NCBI GenBank assembly: GCA_015062045.1
Contig: SUVJ01000002.1
Span: 1,300-65,299, forward strand
DNA length: 64,000 nucleotides
Direction: 5' to 3'
From: Akkermansiaceae bacterium
Lineage (GTDB): Bacteria; Verrucomicrobiota; Verrucomicrobiia; Verrucomicrobiales; Akkermansiaceae
A program made the position numbers and the translations under genes. Under the pieces are notes generated by a model. The model worked only from the letters and a program-made list of their open reading frames with translations, was not told the DNA's origin and ran no database searches. This document shows positions 9,283 through 20,400 of this stretch, piece after piece; position 1 is the first letter of the stretch, and every line of letters begins with the position of its first letter.

Positions 9283-11583
9283 ATGATTGAACAGTTACGC
9301 AAACGACTTCTGGATCGGGAGCATCCCGTACGCATCCATCTGATTGGTGTAGCCGGTGCCGGCATGAGTGGATTAGCACGCATGTTGCTTGAAATGGGGC
9401 ACCGAGTGAGCGGTTGTGACCGCGTAACGAGCACCGAGACCGAGAAACTGCAACAGGCAGGGCTCGTGTTCTCCTGCCCGCATAGTGCTGAATCCGTTCA
9501 GGATGCAGAAATTATCATCTACTCCAGTGCCATTCGGGAAGAAAACGTGGCGCTGGCTGCAGCTCGCAAAAACGGCAGCTTATGCCTGCGCCGTGCGGAG
9601 TGCCTGGCCGCCATTCTCAACAACAAAAAGGGCGTTGTGGTAGCAGGCACACACGGCAAGACCACCACCTCTGCCATGTCTGCCCACCTGCTGAGAGAAG
9701 GCCGCCTGCGCCCCTGCCACTACGTGGGTGCAGAAATCCCGGTATTGGGGGCCAATGCTCACTGGACGGAGGACAGTGAGTACCTGATAGCAGAGGGCGA
9801 TGAGAGTGACGGCACGCTGGTTAACTACCTGCCCGAGCACAGCATTATTCTCAATATTGAGGCAGAGCACTTAGACTTTTACCGCGACCTGGACCACATT
9901 AAGAGCGTATTCCACCGCCTTTGCCGCCAAACAAGAGGCAAGCTCATCTACTGCAAGAATGATGCAGGGGCACACGATGTTTGCTCTCAATACCCCAACA
10001 CCATTTCCTACGGCTGGCAAGATGCCGATTACACAGCAACGGATATGACGGTGAAGCGCGGACGCACGCTTTACACCATCAATTATAAAGGAGAGCCGCT
10101 GGGGCGTGTGGAACTGGGTATACCCGGCCGCCACAATGTACTTAACTCTCTGGCTGCCACTGCCTTGGCATTGGAGCTTGGCTGTGACTTTGCCAGTGTT
10201 ACACGTGGGCTGGTCAGCTTTGCCGGTGCGCGCCGCAGGTTTGAGACCAAGTACCTGTCTCGCCAATACCGCATTGTGGATGACTACGGCCACCACCCCA
10301 CGGAGATTGCCGCAACCCTGCAAACGGCACAAAGCCTTAAGCCGGACCGCCTGATTGTGCTCTTTCAACCCCACCGTTACACCCGCACTCAACTGCTGAG
10401 AAACGACTTCGGCAAGGTGTTGCAAAACCTTGATAAGCTGTACGTGGCAGATGTATACCCCGCCAGCGAACCGCCCATCCCCGGCATCAGCGGTCAAACA
10501 ATTGTGGATGCCGTGCAGGAGAATGGCCCGGTGGATGCCGTATTCTTGCCCAACCTGCCCTTGGCTCACCATGTGGTAGGCAACACGCTGCGCCCCGGTG
10601 ACATGTTCATTACCTTGGGTGCCGGTAACGTGCATGAGGCCGGTGCAAAGATTGCCGCAGACCTGCGTATTCTTGCAGAGATGCAACAAGAATGCGGCAC
10701 GGACATCAACTACCGACTCTATGAGCCCATGAGCAAACACACCACCATGGGTGTGGGTGGCGAGGCTCAATACTGGATTGAGCCGAACAGCTTTGAGAAA
10801 ATGCAGGCGGTGGTCAACTTCTTTAAAGACCGCAATATCCCCGTGCATATCATTGGCCGTGGGTCCAACGTCATTGTACGTGAGGGCGGTATACGCGGTG
10901 CCGTGATTCACCCCTGCTGTGGTGATTTCGACAAAATTGAAATGCGCGGACGCAACATTGTGGCGGGTGCAGGCGTTAAACTCAAAAAACTGGCTGCCTT
11001 TGCAGCGCAAAACGGCATTTCCGGGTTTGAGTGGATGGACGGCATACCCGGCTATGTGGGAGGCAGCTTGCGCATGAACGCCGGAGCCATGGGCGGTGAT
11101 ATGTGGAGTGTGTTCCGCTCTGCCGTTGCCCTCAATGAGGACGGCGACATTGTTGAGTTTGAAAAAGAAAGCATGAAAGGTGCTATCTACCGCCGTATCC
11201 CCGAGTTTGAGCACAACATGGTTATGCAAGCCACCTTCTGCGGCACGCCGGATGACCCGCAAGCCATCGGTGCCCGCATGGATGCCAGCCGTGCACACCG
11301 CAAGACAACGCAACCCCTGGCACCCAGTGCCGGTTGCACCTTTGTGAACCCGGCAGAGATACCCGCAGGCAAACTCATTGATGAGCTGGGGCTTAAAGGG
11401 TTCAGCATAGGCGGTGCACAGGTGTCTGAGGTACACGCCAACTTCATTGTCAACAAGGGTGGAGCCAAGGCCACGGATATTACCGAGCTTATTGACTACA
11501 TTCGCAACAAAGCCAAGACAGAACGCGGCATTACCCTGCGCGCGGAGGTGCAGGTAATTGGTGACCGCGAACCGCAATTCTGA
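9283..11583 (+). CDS. murC: Bifunctional MurC-MurB fusion
   Basis: N-terminal MurC motifs (GVAGAGMSG, AGTHGKTTT, EGDESDG, DDYGHHPTE); C-terminal MurB motifs (GRGSN, GGSLRMNAGA, PSAGCTF, VHANFIVN). Confidence 0.95.
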   Translation: MIEQLRKRLLDREHPVRIHLIGVAGAGMSGLARMLLEMGHRVSGCDRVTSTETEKLQQAGLVFSCPHSAESVQDAEIIIYSSAIREENVALAAARKNGSLCLRRAECLAAILNNKKGVVVAGTHGKTTTSAMSAHLLREGRLRPCHYVGAEIPVLGANAHWTEDSEYLIAEGDESDGTLVNYLPEHSIILNIEAEHLDFYRDLDHIKSVFHRLCRQTRGKLIYCKNDAGAHDVCSQYPNTISYGWQDADYTATDMTVKRGRTLYTINYKGEPLGRVELGIPGRHNVLNSLAATALALELGCDFASVTRGLVSFAGARRRFETKYLSRQYRIVDDYGHHPTEIAATLQTAQSLKPDRLIVLFQPHRYTRTQLLRNDFGKVLQNLDKLYVADVYPASEPPIPGISGQTIVDAVQENGPVDAVFLPNLPLAHHVVGNTLRPGDMFITLGAGNVHEAGAKIAADLRILAEMQQECGTDINYRLYEPMSKHTTMGVGGEAQYWIEPNSFEKMQAVVNFFKDRNIPVHIIGRGSNVIVREGGIRGAVIHPCCGDFDKIEMRGRNIVAGAGVKLKKLAAFAAQNGISGFEWMDGIPGYVGGSLRMNAGAMGGDMWSVFRSAVALNEDGDIVEFEKESMKGAIYRRIPEFEHNMVMQATFCGTPDDPQAIGARMDASRAHRKTTQPLAPSAGCTFVNPAEIPAGKLIDELGLKGFSIGGAQVSEVHANFIVNKGGAKATDITELIDYIRNKAKTERGITLRAEVQVIGDREPQF

Positions 11584-11602
11584 TTTTATACACACAGTAT
11601 TC

Positions 11603-12526
11603 ATGAAAACACTTACTAAAGATACCGCCATAGCCCTGTTGATGGGTGGTCCCGGTTCAGAACGCCAAGTTTCCCTGGTATCCGGCAATGCCGTGCTGGA
11701 GGCTCTCAAGCAAGAGGGATTCACCAACGTAACCCCCGTCATTGTGGAGAGCGAGCGTCCCGCCATACCCGAGGGCACAGAGCTGTGCTACAACATGATT
11801 CACGGCACCTATGGTGAAGACGGCGGCTTACAGTCCTATTTGGAGGAGCTGGGGATTCCCTACACAGGCGCGGGCTCTGTTACCAGCCGTAACTGCTTTG
11901 ATAAAATCCTTACCAAAAAAGCATTCTTTGCAGCGGGTGTACCCACCCCGGCGGATGAAATCATTAAAAGTGGCGAAATGCCGACTATTGGGGTACCCTG
12001 CGTTATCAAGCCTCCGTGTGAGGGGTCTTCCGTGGGCGTGAGCATCGTCAAAACGGAGGCAGAATTACCCGCCGCCGTGGCAGAAGCTGCCAAATACGGT
12101 ACTGATTTATTGGTAGAAGAATACATTTGCGGCAAGGAGCTGACGGTGGCTATTTTTAACGGTACCGCCCTGCCCGTTATCCACATTGCCCCCAAGCAAG
12201 GTTTCTATGACTTTGCCAACAAGTACCCGGCACTCTCCGGGGCGGTGGGGTCCGACTACATTTGCCCCGCAGACATTACCGAGGAAGAGACCAAAGCCGT
12301 GCAAGAAGCCGCTTTGGCCGCCTACAAAGCCCTTAATGTTGAGGTGTACGGGCGAGTGGACGTATTGCTGACAGAGGACGGTAAGCCCTATGTGCTGGAG
12401 ATTAACACCATACCGGGCATGACCGGGGCTTCCCTCTTCCCCAAAGCGGCGGCAGCCGTAGGCATCGGGTTCGGAGAACTTTGCACACGTATTGCAGAAA
12501 TCTCTCTTAACCAGCCCCGCGGCTGA
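11603..12526 (+). CDS. ddl: D-alanine--D-alanine ligase
   Basis: GGPGSERQVSL, HGTYGEDG, EGSSVG, LEINTIPGMT. Start ATG 11603. Confidence 0.95.
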   Translation: MKTLTKDTAIALLMGGPGSERQVSLVSGNAVLEALKQEGFTNVTPVIVESERPAIPEGTELCYNMIHGTYGEDGGLQSYLEELGIPYTGAGSVTSRNCFDKILTKKAFFAAGVPTPADEIIKSGEMPTIGVPCVIKPPCEGSSVGVSIVKTEAELPAAVAEAAKYGTDLLVEEYICGKELTVAIFNGTALPVIHIAPKQGFYDFANKYPALSGAVGSDYICPADITEEETKAVQEAALAAYKALNVEVYGRVDVLLTEDGKPYVLEINTIPGMTGASLFPKAAAAVGIGFGELCTRIAEISLNQPRG

Positions 12527-12540
12527 GTATAGCTTACACC

Positions 12541-13443
12541 ATGAAGAACGGCGGGAACAGATACCGAACCCACGACGACCGTGACACCGTAAGGCAGCTT
12601 GAAAAAAAGCTTTCCCTCTGGAAACGCCTTTTCAGTGTTATCACTTTTTTACGTGGCGCAGATAAGCTCCGTCGCTGGGTTATCATCGGTGGATGCGTTT
12701 TACTGGGACTCGCCATTCTTCGCTCTGTTATACTTTATACAACAGATTCTTACGACCCAAGCACCCGGCATGTTAACTACAGCTCTCGTTATGATATCAT
12801 CAGCAAAGAGCAAATTGTTGAAATGCTGGGAATCAGTGCAGAAACAGATTTTGCATCTCTACCGCTTGCCGAATTGCAGAATAAACTCAATAATCACCCG
12901 GCCATAAAAGAGGCGGCCATCTCGCTGGACTCCACGCAGTCGCTCCGCGTGGATATAACGGAGAGAGTGCCCCTGCTGTACGTGGAGATGGCAGACCGCG
13001 CAATAACAGGCAAAGCTACCCGCCTTTGCCTGAGCCCGGATTGCGAGCTGTTTACACACGACCCGGTGCTGCACCGCAAGTTCATTGACCTGCCGGTGTG
13101 GAAACTCAAGCCGAGCGATGTTAAAACTCTTGCCCCCGGGCAAACTTTGGATGCCGAGCTATGCAAACCTATTATTGAGTTGGCCAGAGCTGCTAATTCA
13201 TACAGCGATTTAACACAGCTACCGCATATTACCTACATTGAACGCCCGGCAGAAAATGCCGTTCAATGGAAGATGATTGTACATTTGGAGAACGGCACCA
13301 CGGCAGAAATGAGCACCCTGCATAACATATCTGCCCAGCTGGAGAGACTTGTAAAAGTGCTGGAACATGCCCGCAGTATGAACAAAAAACTAATCAGCAC
13401 CTCCGTTATCCCCGAGGAATATATCCCCGCCAAATATGAATAG
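12541..13443 (+). CDS. ftsQ: FtsQ-type POTRA domain cell division protein
   Basis: N-terminal TM segment, then LNNHPAIKEAAI..LRVDITERVP POTRA signature. Follows murC/murB-ddl. Confidence 0.7.
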   Translation: MKNGGNRYRTHDDRDTVRQLEKKLSLWKRLFSVITFLRGADKLRRWVIIGGCVLLGLAILRSVILYTTDSYDPSTRHVNYSSRYDIISKEQIVEMLGISAETDFASLPLAELQNKLNNHPAIKEAAISLDSTQSLRVDITERVPLLYVEMADRAITGKATRLCLSPDCELFTHDPVLHRKFIDLPVWKLKPSDVKTLAPGQTLDAELCKPIIELARAANSYSDLTQLPHITYIERPAENAVQWKMIVHLENGTTAEMSTLHNISAQLERLVKVLEHARSMNKKLISTSVIPEEYIPAKYE

Positions 13444-13496
13444 GCTGCCGTTAATTCAACATGACGGGTTTATAAACATTTATTATTCAATTTTGC

Positions 13497-13525
13497 TTGA
13501 CAAACCAGGGCTATGCGCATAGAAT
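13497..13525 (+). promoter_or_regulatory. Sigma70-type promoter of the nusA operon
   Basis: ttttgc-TTGACA-N17-TAGAAT. Confidence 0.8.
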
Positions 13526-13557
13526 ATGCGCGTCAAGTTCCGGTCTGTTCATAGATT

Positions 13558-13586
13558 GGGGCGGGTCTGAGACCCGCTCTTTTTTT
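13558..13586 (+). terminator. Leader terminator/attenuator upstream of nusA
   Basis: GGGGCGGGTC-tga-GACCCGCTCT then a T-run, between the promoter and the nusA ATG. Confidence 0.7.
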
Positions 13587-13629
13587 GTAGCAGACAGATA
13601 ATCAAAACAAAGCACACAAAACACACAAA

Positions 13630-14916
13630 ATGGCCGCCACAGATATCTCTGCACTGATTGATTTCTACGTTCGCGAAAAAGACCTGACCCGCGAGCGCGT
13701 CATTCATGCTCTTGAAGCTTCCTTCCTTACCGCCTATAACAAAATGGTACCGGGAGCTGACCGCATTAACAACATTCGTGCCGTTATCAATCCGCAAAAG
13801 AACTCGGTGAAGATTAAGGCAGAAATGGTTGTTACCCCTGACGAGGAAGTAACGGATCCCTACAACGAGGTGAAACTTTCCGTAGCAGAGCAGCTTTATG
13901 CCCGCAAAGGCAAGACCGTGGTTGCCGGTGAGACGATTACACTTAACATCACCCCGCAAGACTTCGGCCGCATTGCCGTGCAAACAGCGCGCCAAACCAT
14001 GCAGCAGCGCATTCGCAAGGCTGAGCAGGAGATGCTTGCAGAGGCTTTCCGCGACCGCGTAGGCGAGCTTGTTACCGGCACGGTACGCCGTTACGACAAG
14101 GGCGATGTGATTGTGGAAGTTGATAAGTTTGAAGGCATTGTCCCCTCTCGTCACCGCATACCCAAGGAGGATTATGCAGCAGGCGACAAGCTGAGGTTCT
14201 ATGTAGTTGAGGTAAAGGATGGGGCTCGCGGCCATGAGCTCATCCTCTCCCGCAGCCACCCCAACTTGGTGCGCAGACTTTTTGAGAGCGAGGTGCTTGA
14301 GATTTCCGAAGGAACCGTTGAAATTATCAACGTGGTGCGCGAGCCCGGATACCGCACAAAGCTGGTGGTACGCAGCGCGGATCCGAATGTGGATCCCATC
14401 GGGGCCTGTGTCGGCATGCGTGGAGCACGTGTTAAGAATGTGGTCAACGAGCTCAACCACGAGAAAGTTGACATTCTGGAATACACGGAGGATAAATCCG
14501 CCATGGTGCTGGAGTCCTTGGCCCCCATCGAACCCGTTAAGGTGGATGTAGACAAGCAAAACCGCATTGTGTCCGTATATGTGGCAGATGACAAGACCGC
14601 AGCCAAGGCAAAAGGCAGCCGCGGTAAGAACGTGCGCCTGACAGCACGCCTGATTTCCACCCAGGGCGACAAGTGGGATGTGCGAGTAGAGGCCTACGAC
14701 CGCATGTCTCAAACCAAGACTATTGTGAGCGAGGGTGCCAATGAGCTGGTGAGTGTGCTCGGCATTTCTGCTGAGTTGGCAGATGAGATGATAGCCAACG
14801 GCTTCACCACGGTACAGGGTATTGCCAGCTATGTACAGCCCGAAGACTTGGTAGATGCGCTCGGCATCAGCGAGGAGCAAGCCTTCTCCATTGTAGATAA
14901 AGCAAAGAATGCATAA
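13630..14916 (+). CDS. nusA: Transcription termination factor NusA
   Basis: FGRIAVQTARQ, S1 domain, LILSRSHP, REPGYRTK, GACVGMRGARV, GKNVRLTARL. Confidence 0.97.
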   Translation: MAATDISALIDFYVREKDLTRERVIHALEASFLTAYNKMVPGADRINNIRAVINPQKNSVKIKAEMVVTPDEEVTDPYNEVKLSVAEQLYARKGKTVVAGETITLNITPQDFGRIAVQTARQTMQQRIRKAEQEMLAEAFRDRVGELVTGTVRRYDKGDVIVEVDKFEGIVPSRHRIPKEDYAAGDKLRFYVVEVKDGARGHELILSRSHPNLVRRLFESEVLEISEGTVEIINVVREPGYRTKLVVRSADPNVDPIGACVGMRGARVKNVVNELNHEKVDILEYTEDKSAMVLESLAPIEPVKVDVDKQNRIVSVYVADDKTAAKAKGSRGKNVRLTARLISTQGDKWDVRVEAYDRMSQTKTIVSEGANELVSVLGISAELADEMIANGFTTVQGIASYVQPEDLVDALGISEEQAFSIVDKAKNA

Positions 14917-14959
14917 ATCGGGCATCTAATACCGATAAGAAACGACAATTTATTCACAC

Positions 14960-17059
14960 ATGGCTCAATCAGAACAAAAAAAGCCGCAGGTTCTGGACCT
15001 GCTCGGCAGCAATAAGAAAAAGAAGGGTGTGGCCCCTGCTGCCAAGCAGGAACAGGTCTCTGCCCCTGCTCCGGCTCAGCAAAAGAAATCAGCAGCTCCT
15101 AAAAAAGCAGCTTTAGACCTACTGCAACCCCAGCGAAAGCCCAAAAAGCAGCAGGAACCGGTACCGCAGCCCGCAGCAAAGCCCGTAACCAAACCGGCAG
15201 AACAGCCCAAGCCTGTGGCTAAGCCTGCCCCCGCCCCCAAGGCTAAGGAGACCCCTGCCCCCGCAGCAGCCGGCAGCACCATCAATGTGAAGGCTCCCGT
15301 ATCTGTTGCAGACCTTGCTACAACGATGGGCATTAAACCGTTTAAGCTCATTGCAGAGCTTCTGCCCATGGGGGTATTTGCCAACCCCTCCACCACATTG
15401 GACAGTGACCAAGTGGCAGCCCTTTGCGAGAAACACGGCTTTGTGTACGAGCGTGTGAAGCGTGAAAAAGGTGCCGGTGTTAAAGCCCCGGTAGAGGTGG
15501 TGAAAGAGCCCGAAGCCGTAGCCATTGAAAAAGAGCCCGAGGATGCCCTCAAGGTGCGCACCCCCATCATTACTGTGATGGGGCACGTGGACCACGGCAA
15601 AACCTCCCTGCTCGACTACATTCGCCGCACCAAGGTGGTATCCGGTGAGGCCGGTGGCATTACTCAGCACATCGGTGCCTACTCCGTAGACCACAACGGC
15701 AGCTTGCTTACATTCATTGACACCCCCGGCCACGCCATCTTTACCGAGATGCGCGCCCGTGGTGCCGACGTAACGGATATTGTGGTACTTGTTGTTGCCG
15801 CCAACGATGGTATTATGCCCCAAACCAAGGAGGCCATTATGCATGCCAAGGCAGCCGGCAAAACCATTATTGTGGCAGTCAACAAATGTGACCTGCCCAC
15901 GGCAGACCCTATTCGTGTGCGTACGCAGCTGATGGAAAACGACCTCATGCCCACGGATTTCGGTGGCGAGGTGGAGTGCGTGGATGTATCTGCCCACACC
16001 GGCGCAGGTATAGACGACCTGCTCGACCTACTCTGCTTGCAGGCAGAGGTGATGGAGCTCAAGGCTAACCCCCGTGGCAACTGCCGCGCTTCCATCATTG
16101 AGGCTCGTATCGAACAGGGTAAAGGCAGCTCTGCTACCGTTATCGTACAAAGTGGAACCCTCAAGGTAGGCATGCCGTTCATCTGCGGCCCGTATGCCGG
16201 TAAAGTTAAGACCCTTTTCAACGACCAAGGCAAAGCCATCAAGAAAGTAACCCCGGGTATGCCCGCAGAGGTATCCGGATTCTTGCAGACCCCCAACGTG
16301 GGTGACGAGATGGTGGAAATGGACAACGAACGCGCCGCCCGTAAGCTCTCCGAAGAGCGACAGGAAGAACTGCGCCAACAGCGTTTGGCTGCACCCAAGC
16401 GTTCCCGTATGGAGGATATTCTTGCCATGATGGGTGACGGCAACCAAAAAGCTGTACTCAAGCTCTACCTCAAGGGCGACGTGCAAGGCTCTGTGGAGGC
16501 CATCAAAAAAGCCATTCTCGACATCGAGAGCGAGAAGGTGGAGTGCCAATTCATCGGTGCCTCTGCCGGTCCCATCTCTGAGAGCGATATTCTGCTCGCT
16601 TCTTCCTCAGACGCCATTGTGCTCGGCTTCAATGTGAAGGTAGAGAGCAATGCAGTGAAGGCCGTGAAGCGTGAAGGCGTGCAGGTAAAGATATACTCCA
16701 TTGTATATGAGCTGATTGACCAGGTTAAGGATGCCATGCTCGGTCTGCTTGAGCCGGAGACGCGTGAGACAATTCTGGGTCATGCAGAAATCAGGCAGGT
16801 ATTTAAATTGAACAAAGGCAAAGCTGCGGGGTCTTATGTATCTGACGGCAAGATGCTGCGCACCGCCGAGGCTCGTGTACTGCGAGATGGTCAGGTGGTA
16901 TTCGATGGTCGCATGTCGACACTCCGCCGCTTCCAGGATGAAGTGGAGGAGGTCAAGAGTGGCCTTGAGTGCGGTATTCGACTTGCCGACTACAATGACT
17001 ACGAAGAGGGCGACATCATTGAATGCTACTCTCTGGAGAAGATTAAACAAACACTCTGA
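14960..17059 (+). CDS. infB: Translation initiation factor IF-2
   Basis: MGHVDHGKTSLLD, GGITQHIGAY, DTPGHAIF, GDVQGSVEA, ECGI. Confidence 0.98.
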   Translation: MAQSEQKKPQVLDLLGSNKKKKGVAPAAKQEQVSAPAPAQQKKSAAPKKAALDLLQPQRKPKKQQEPVPQPAAKPVTKPAEQPKPVAKPAPAPKAKETPAPAAAGSTINVKAPVSVADLATTMGIKPFKLIAELLPMGVFANPSTTLDSDQVAALCEKHGFVYERVKREKGAGVKAPVEVVKEPEAVAIEKEPEDALKVRTPIITVMGHVDHGKTSLLDYIRRTKVVSGEAGGITQHIGAYSVDHNGSLLTFIDTPGHAIFTEMRARGADVTDIVVLVVAANDGIMPQTKEAIMHAKAAGKTIIVAVNKCDLPTADPIRVRTQLMENDLMPTDFGGEVECVDVSAHTGAGIDDLLDLLCLQAEVMELKANPRGNCRASIIEARIEQGKGSSATVIVQSGTLKVGMPFICGPYAGKVKTLFNDQGKAIKKVTPGMPAEVSGFLQTPNVGDEMVEMDNERAARKLSEERQEELRQQRLAAPKRSRMEDILAMMGDGNQKAVLKLYLKGDVQGSVEAIKKAILDIESEKVECQFIGASAGPISESDILLASSSDAIVLGFNVKVESNAVKAVKREGVQVKIYSIVYELIDQVKDAMLGLLEPETRETILGHAEIRQVFKLNKGKAAGSYVSDGKMLRTAEARVLRDGQVVFDGRMSTLRRFQDEVEEVKSGLECGIRLADYNDYEEGDIIECYSLEKIKQTL

Positions 17060-17076
17060 TAAAACGACACTATACC

Positions 17077-17463
17077 ATGGCCTCACGACGACTTGACAAA
17101 GTAAACGAGCTGATGCGCCGCGAAATCGGCACTTTTGTACAAAAGGAGTTTGATTGGAACGGCACTATTGTTTCCATTCTTGATGTCGAAATTACGGAAG
17201 ACCTCAAGGAAGGGCGTGTTTGGGTTGGAGTTGTGGGGCGCATGGCACCGGCTCAGGTGATTGAAAAGCTCACCAAAAACCGTGGGCTTATCCAAAAAGC
17301 AGTAAGCAAGCGTGTTGTGTTACGCAACACGCCCAAGCTTACTTTTAAGCACGATAACTCGGCGCAACGCGGGGTTGCCATGGTAAACCTGCTTGATGAT
17401 ATTGAGCAAAATCTGCCTAAGGCTCCCCCCCTGCCCGAGGGTGAGTTTGATCCCGAAATCTGA
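17077..17463 (+). CDS. rbfA: Ribosome-binding factor A
   Basis: RLDKVNELMRREI, LRNTPKLTFKHDNS. Follows infB. Confidence 0.95.
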   Translation: MASRRLDKVNELMRREIGTFVQKEFDWNGTIVSILDVEITEDLKEGRVWVGVVGRMAPAQVIEKLTKNRGLIQKAVSKRVVLRNTPKLTFKHDNSAQRGVAMVNLLDDIEQNLPKAPPLPEGEFDPEI

Positions 17464-17490
17464 AGTTCTGGCTGCGCATCAACTAAATCA

Positions 17491-20400
17491 ATGAGCAAGA
17501 AACTGGCTATCAAACGCGTCGGCTCTTTTTTACCAACGCTCTGTTTGCTGGTGTTCTTGCTATTTTGTATTGCAGCCGCTTGGCTGTCTACGGTAGGGCT
17601 TCCGCGGTCTGTTATTGATAAAATTGAACAGGCTGTGGCAGCTGAGGGGGTACCCATCAAGATTGAAAAAATCACCCTCAACATATTCAGACGAGCCGGT
17701 GTGGTTGCAGAGAATATCAAGATTTATGCAGCACCGGAAGACACAACACCCATCGTCACGGCAGATTCCCTTTCTGCCTCCTTTGCCCCCCTTAAGCTAT
17801 TTGTCGGTGAAATAGAGCCCAAAACGCTTATTCTGGAAAACGGCAAGGTAGCACTCCCTATTTCCGACACTCAAGATTACCATGAACTGGCGGCAACAAA
17901 CATTAACATATCTGCCGCTTTTCATAAACAATTTGTTACAGTTAATGCCTCTGAGCTCAAGCTGCAGGGTATACCCATTTATCTGAAAGGTGCATTTAAT
18001 GTAGAGGAGCTGATGACCGGAGAATCTGCCGAAGAGGAGCAGGAGAAACTGGTTATACCGGCCATTATTAAAACCATACAAAGCATTGTAGACCGCACCT
18101 ACCATCAAATCGAAGAGCAGCATTGGGCACCCAACGAATACCCGGAGCTACATTTGAACATTGCAGCAGGCAAAGATATTAAACTTCAAGTTCAAGCAAA
18201 CGCGCCGAAGTACGATATTGATCAATTCTGCTTCAGAGATGCAAAGATTGATTTTGATTACGAGGGAGACCGATTTATCATCAATAATTTAGGTTTCAAT
18301 ACCATTAACCCGGACTCCCATGTTCAACTGAAGGGCGGCTATGAGCTGGAAACACGAAAACTCACACTAACGCTGGAAAGCGATGCTGCCCTGTTAGAAA
18401 TGGCAAAAGCTTTGTCAGAAGGTGAGACCTTGAAGTGGTTGAACAAGTTCAGCCACAAAGAGGAAAATTGCCCGCACATACAATTACAAATCAATGCAGA
18501 GTTCGGAGAGGATTTCAGTTTAAATACAGCCACTTTCAATGGTGAAATTGAACAAAAAGAACTCAACATCGGAGACTCGGAGATTGAGCATTTGTTCATT
18601 TCTTTCTTCTATAATGACGGCAATTTCAATGTAGATAACCTCACCCTGAAATTCCCGGACGGTAAGGTTAAATTTACAGCAGTTTCCAATAACGGCCAGG
18701 GCAACGCAGAAATTCAAGCGGATTTGTCCATCATCAGAACCGTTTCCCTGATTAACGAGTTTCTGACAGAGCCGCTTATCATCCCCATGGGCTTAAAGCT
18801 CGGGGACACCATGAAGCTGACAGCCAAGGCAGCCTTAGGCATGCCGGAGTTCAAGGCAGGGGATACTTATGCACAACACTTTATCCCCGAATTAAAAAAG
18901 CTTGATGTAAGATTGGAGCTTAAGAAATTAGCATTTCTCGGGTATGAGCTCAAAGCCCCGGTTATCAGCCTGTCTACCGGCAAAGAGCAAGGCGAAACAG
19001 CCAATTTATTGCTGAAAGCCAAGGAAATACTGGTGAACTTGCAAGCGGATGAAATTCTCTGTGATATCAGCGAAACTCAACAGCTTAAGACTGCGCATTC
19101 TGCATTAAATATACACTTGCAAAACTACGCAAGAGATCCGGAGAACGGGGAGATAGCGCTAGGTGCAGCAACGATTGAACTGGATGGCAAAGAATTAGAT
19201 TGGAACGGCCTTGTCTCTGAACAATTCAATTTGAAAGGAGATTTAAGCAATCTCTTACATAATGAATCCCAAAGCGGGCTTAAAGGAGGAGAATTGTTCC
19301 TGAATATCAAACAGTTGAAAAAAGAACAACTGGCTATAGGCAACCTTACACTTACCGCCAAGGCAGATGCCAAAGAGGGCTTCACCATGCCGAATGCTCT
19401 TGCAGATGTATCCGTGAACCTAGATATCAGCAGTATCACCTACGAGGATAAAGAAATGGGGAATCTGCAAGCGGTTCTGAACGTTCCCAATGATGAGGAA
19501 GGGAAACTGGACTTAAAATTCACGCCAAACGACTCTGCTGAGGCTAAACATGCAACCATCACAGCAGCCACCTCCATAGAGAACGGCGCTACTCTTAACA
19601 TACGCCAATTGGAGGCATATCTCCCCTGCTCCAATTTAGAACATGTAACGGAAGCACTCGGGATACAGATACAAGATATCGAAATGCCGCATGATGTCAC
19701 CTTGAGCGGAGACCTGAGTCTTAACCTTGACACGCAATCACTCAACCACGCCAACATTAAAGCCGATATACCGCACTTAGTGCGCACGCCGCACAATATC
19801 AAAGGATTCAAAGGCGAAAAGATAAAAGTTTCCGTTGAAGCGGATATTAAAGCACAAGGACGGGAAAACGGCAATGTGGCATACAGTGGAGATGTTAAAG
19901 TCAACCACGAAACCGGAGAATTAATTGCTAAAGTAGAGGGCAATACAGCCACGCACCTGCATGTTACCGGTGATAACACCATACGCCCCGATATTGTTGA
20001 TCAACTACTAGATTACAAAGATGCGCACGAAATCATCCGAGATTTCCGCTTTACACAGAATAGTAAAACGGCCATCAACAACATTGTGGTAGATGTCAAA
20101 TATGATAACGGCCTTGATGTTGCGGTAGATTGCGATATTACGCTGAATGATGTACAATACCAACTCTCGGCCATAGTTGAAGATGAAGAAGGCAACGAGG
20201 TGGGAGATAAAAAACTCGGTAAGCTTCCCTTTACCTCTGTAACCAAAGCCATTACTCATTTGCGTGCAGATTATCGTGAGGATATTGTACAAGACGGTAA
20301 AACGCTGCCCACTGTAATTGACATCACGATGTCGGATGTCACGTTGCAATACGATAATAAACCCTGGCTGCAACTACAGGATTTCTCCCCCCTGGGGCTC

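Noticed and set aside
9871-11778. 635-aa antisense ORF over murC-murB
   Set aside because: Shadow frame of a GC-rich gene; no motifs and no independent signals.
13549-14925. 458-aa antisense ORF over nusA
   Set aside because: Shadow ORF opposite a conserved essential gene.
15000-15290. Pro/Ala/Lys-rich repeats in the infB N-terminus
   Set aside because: Ordinary low-complexity IF-2 linker.
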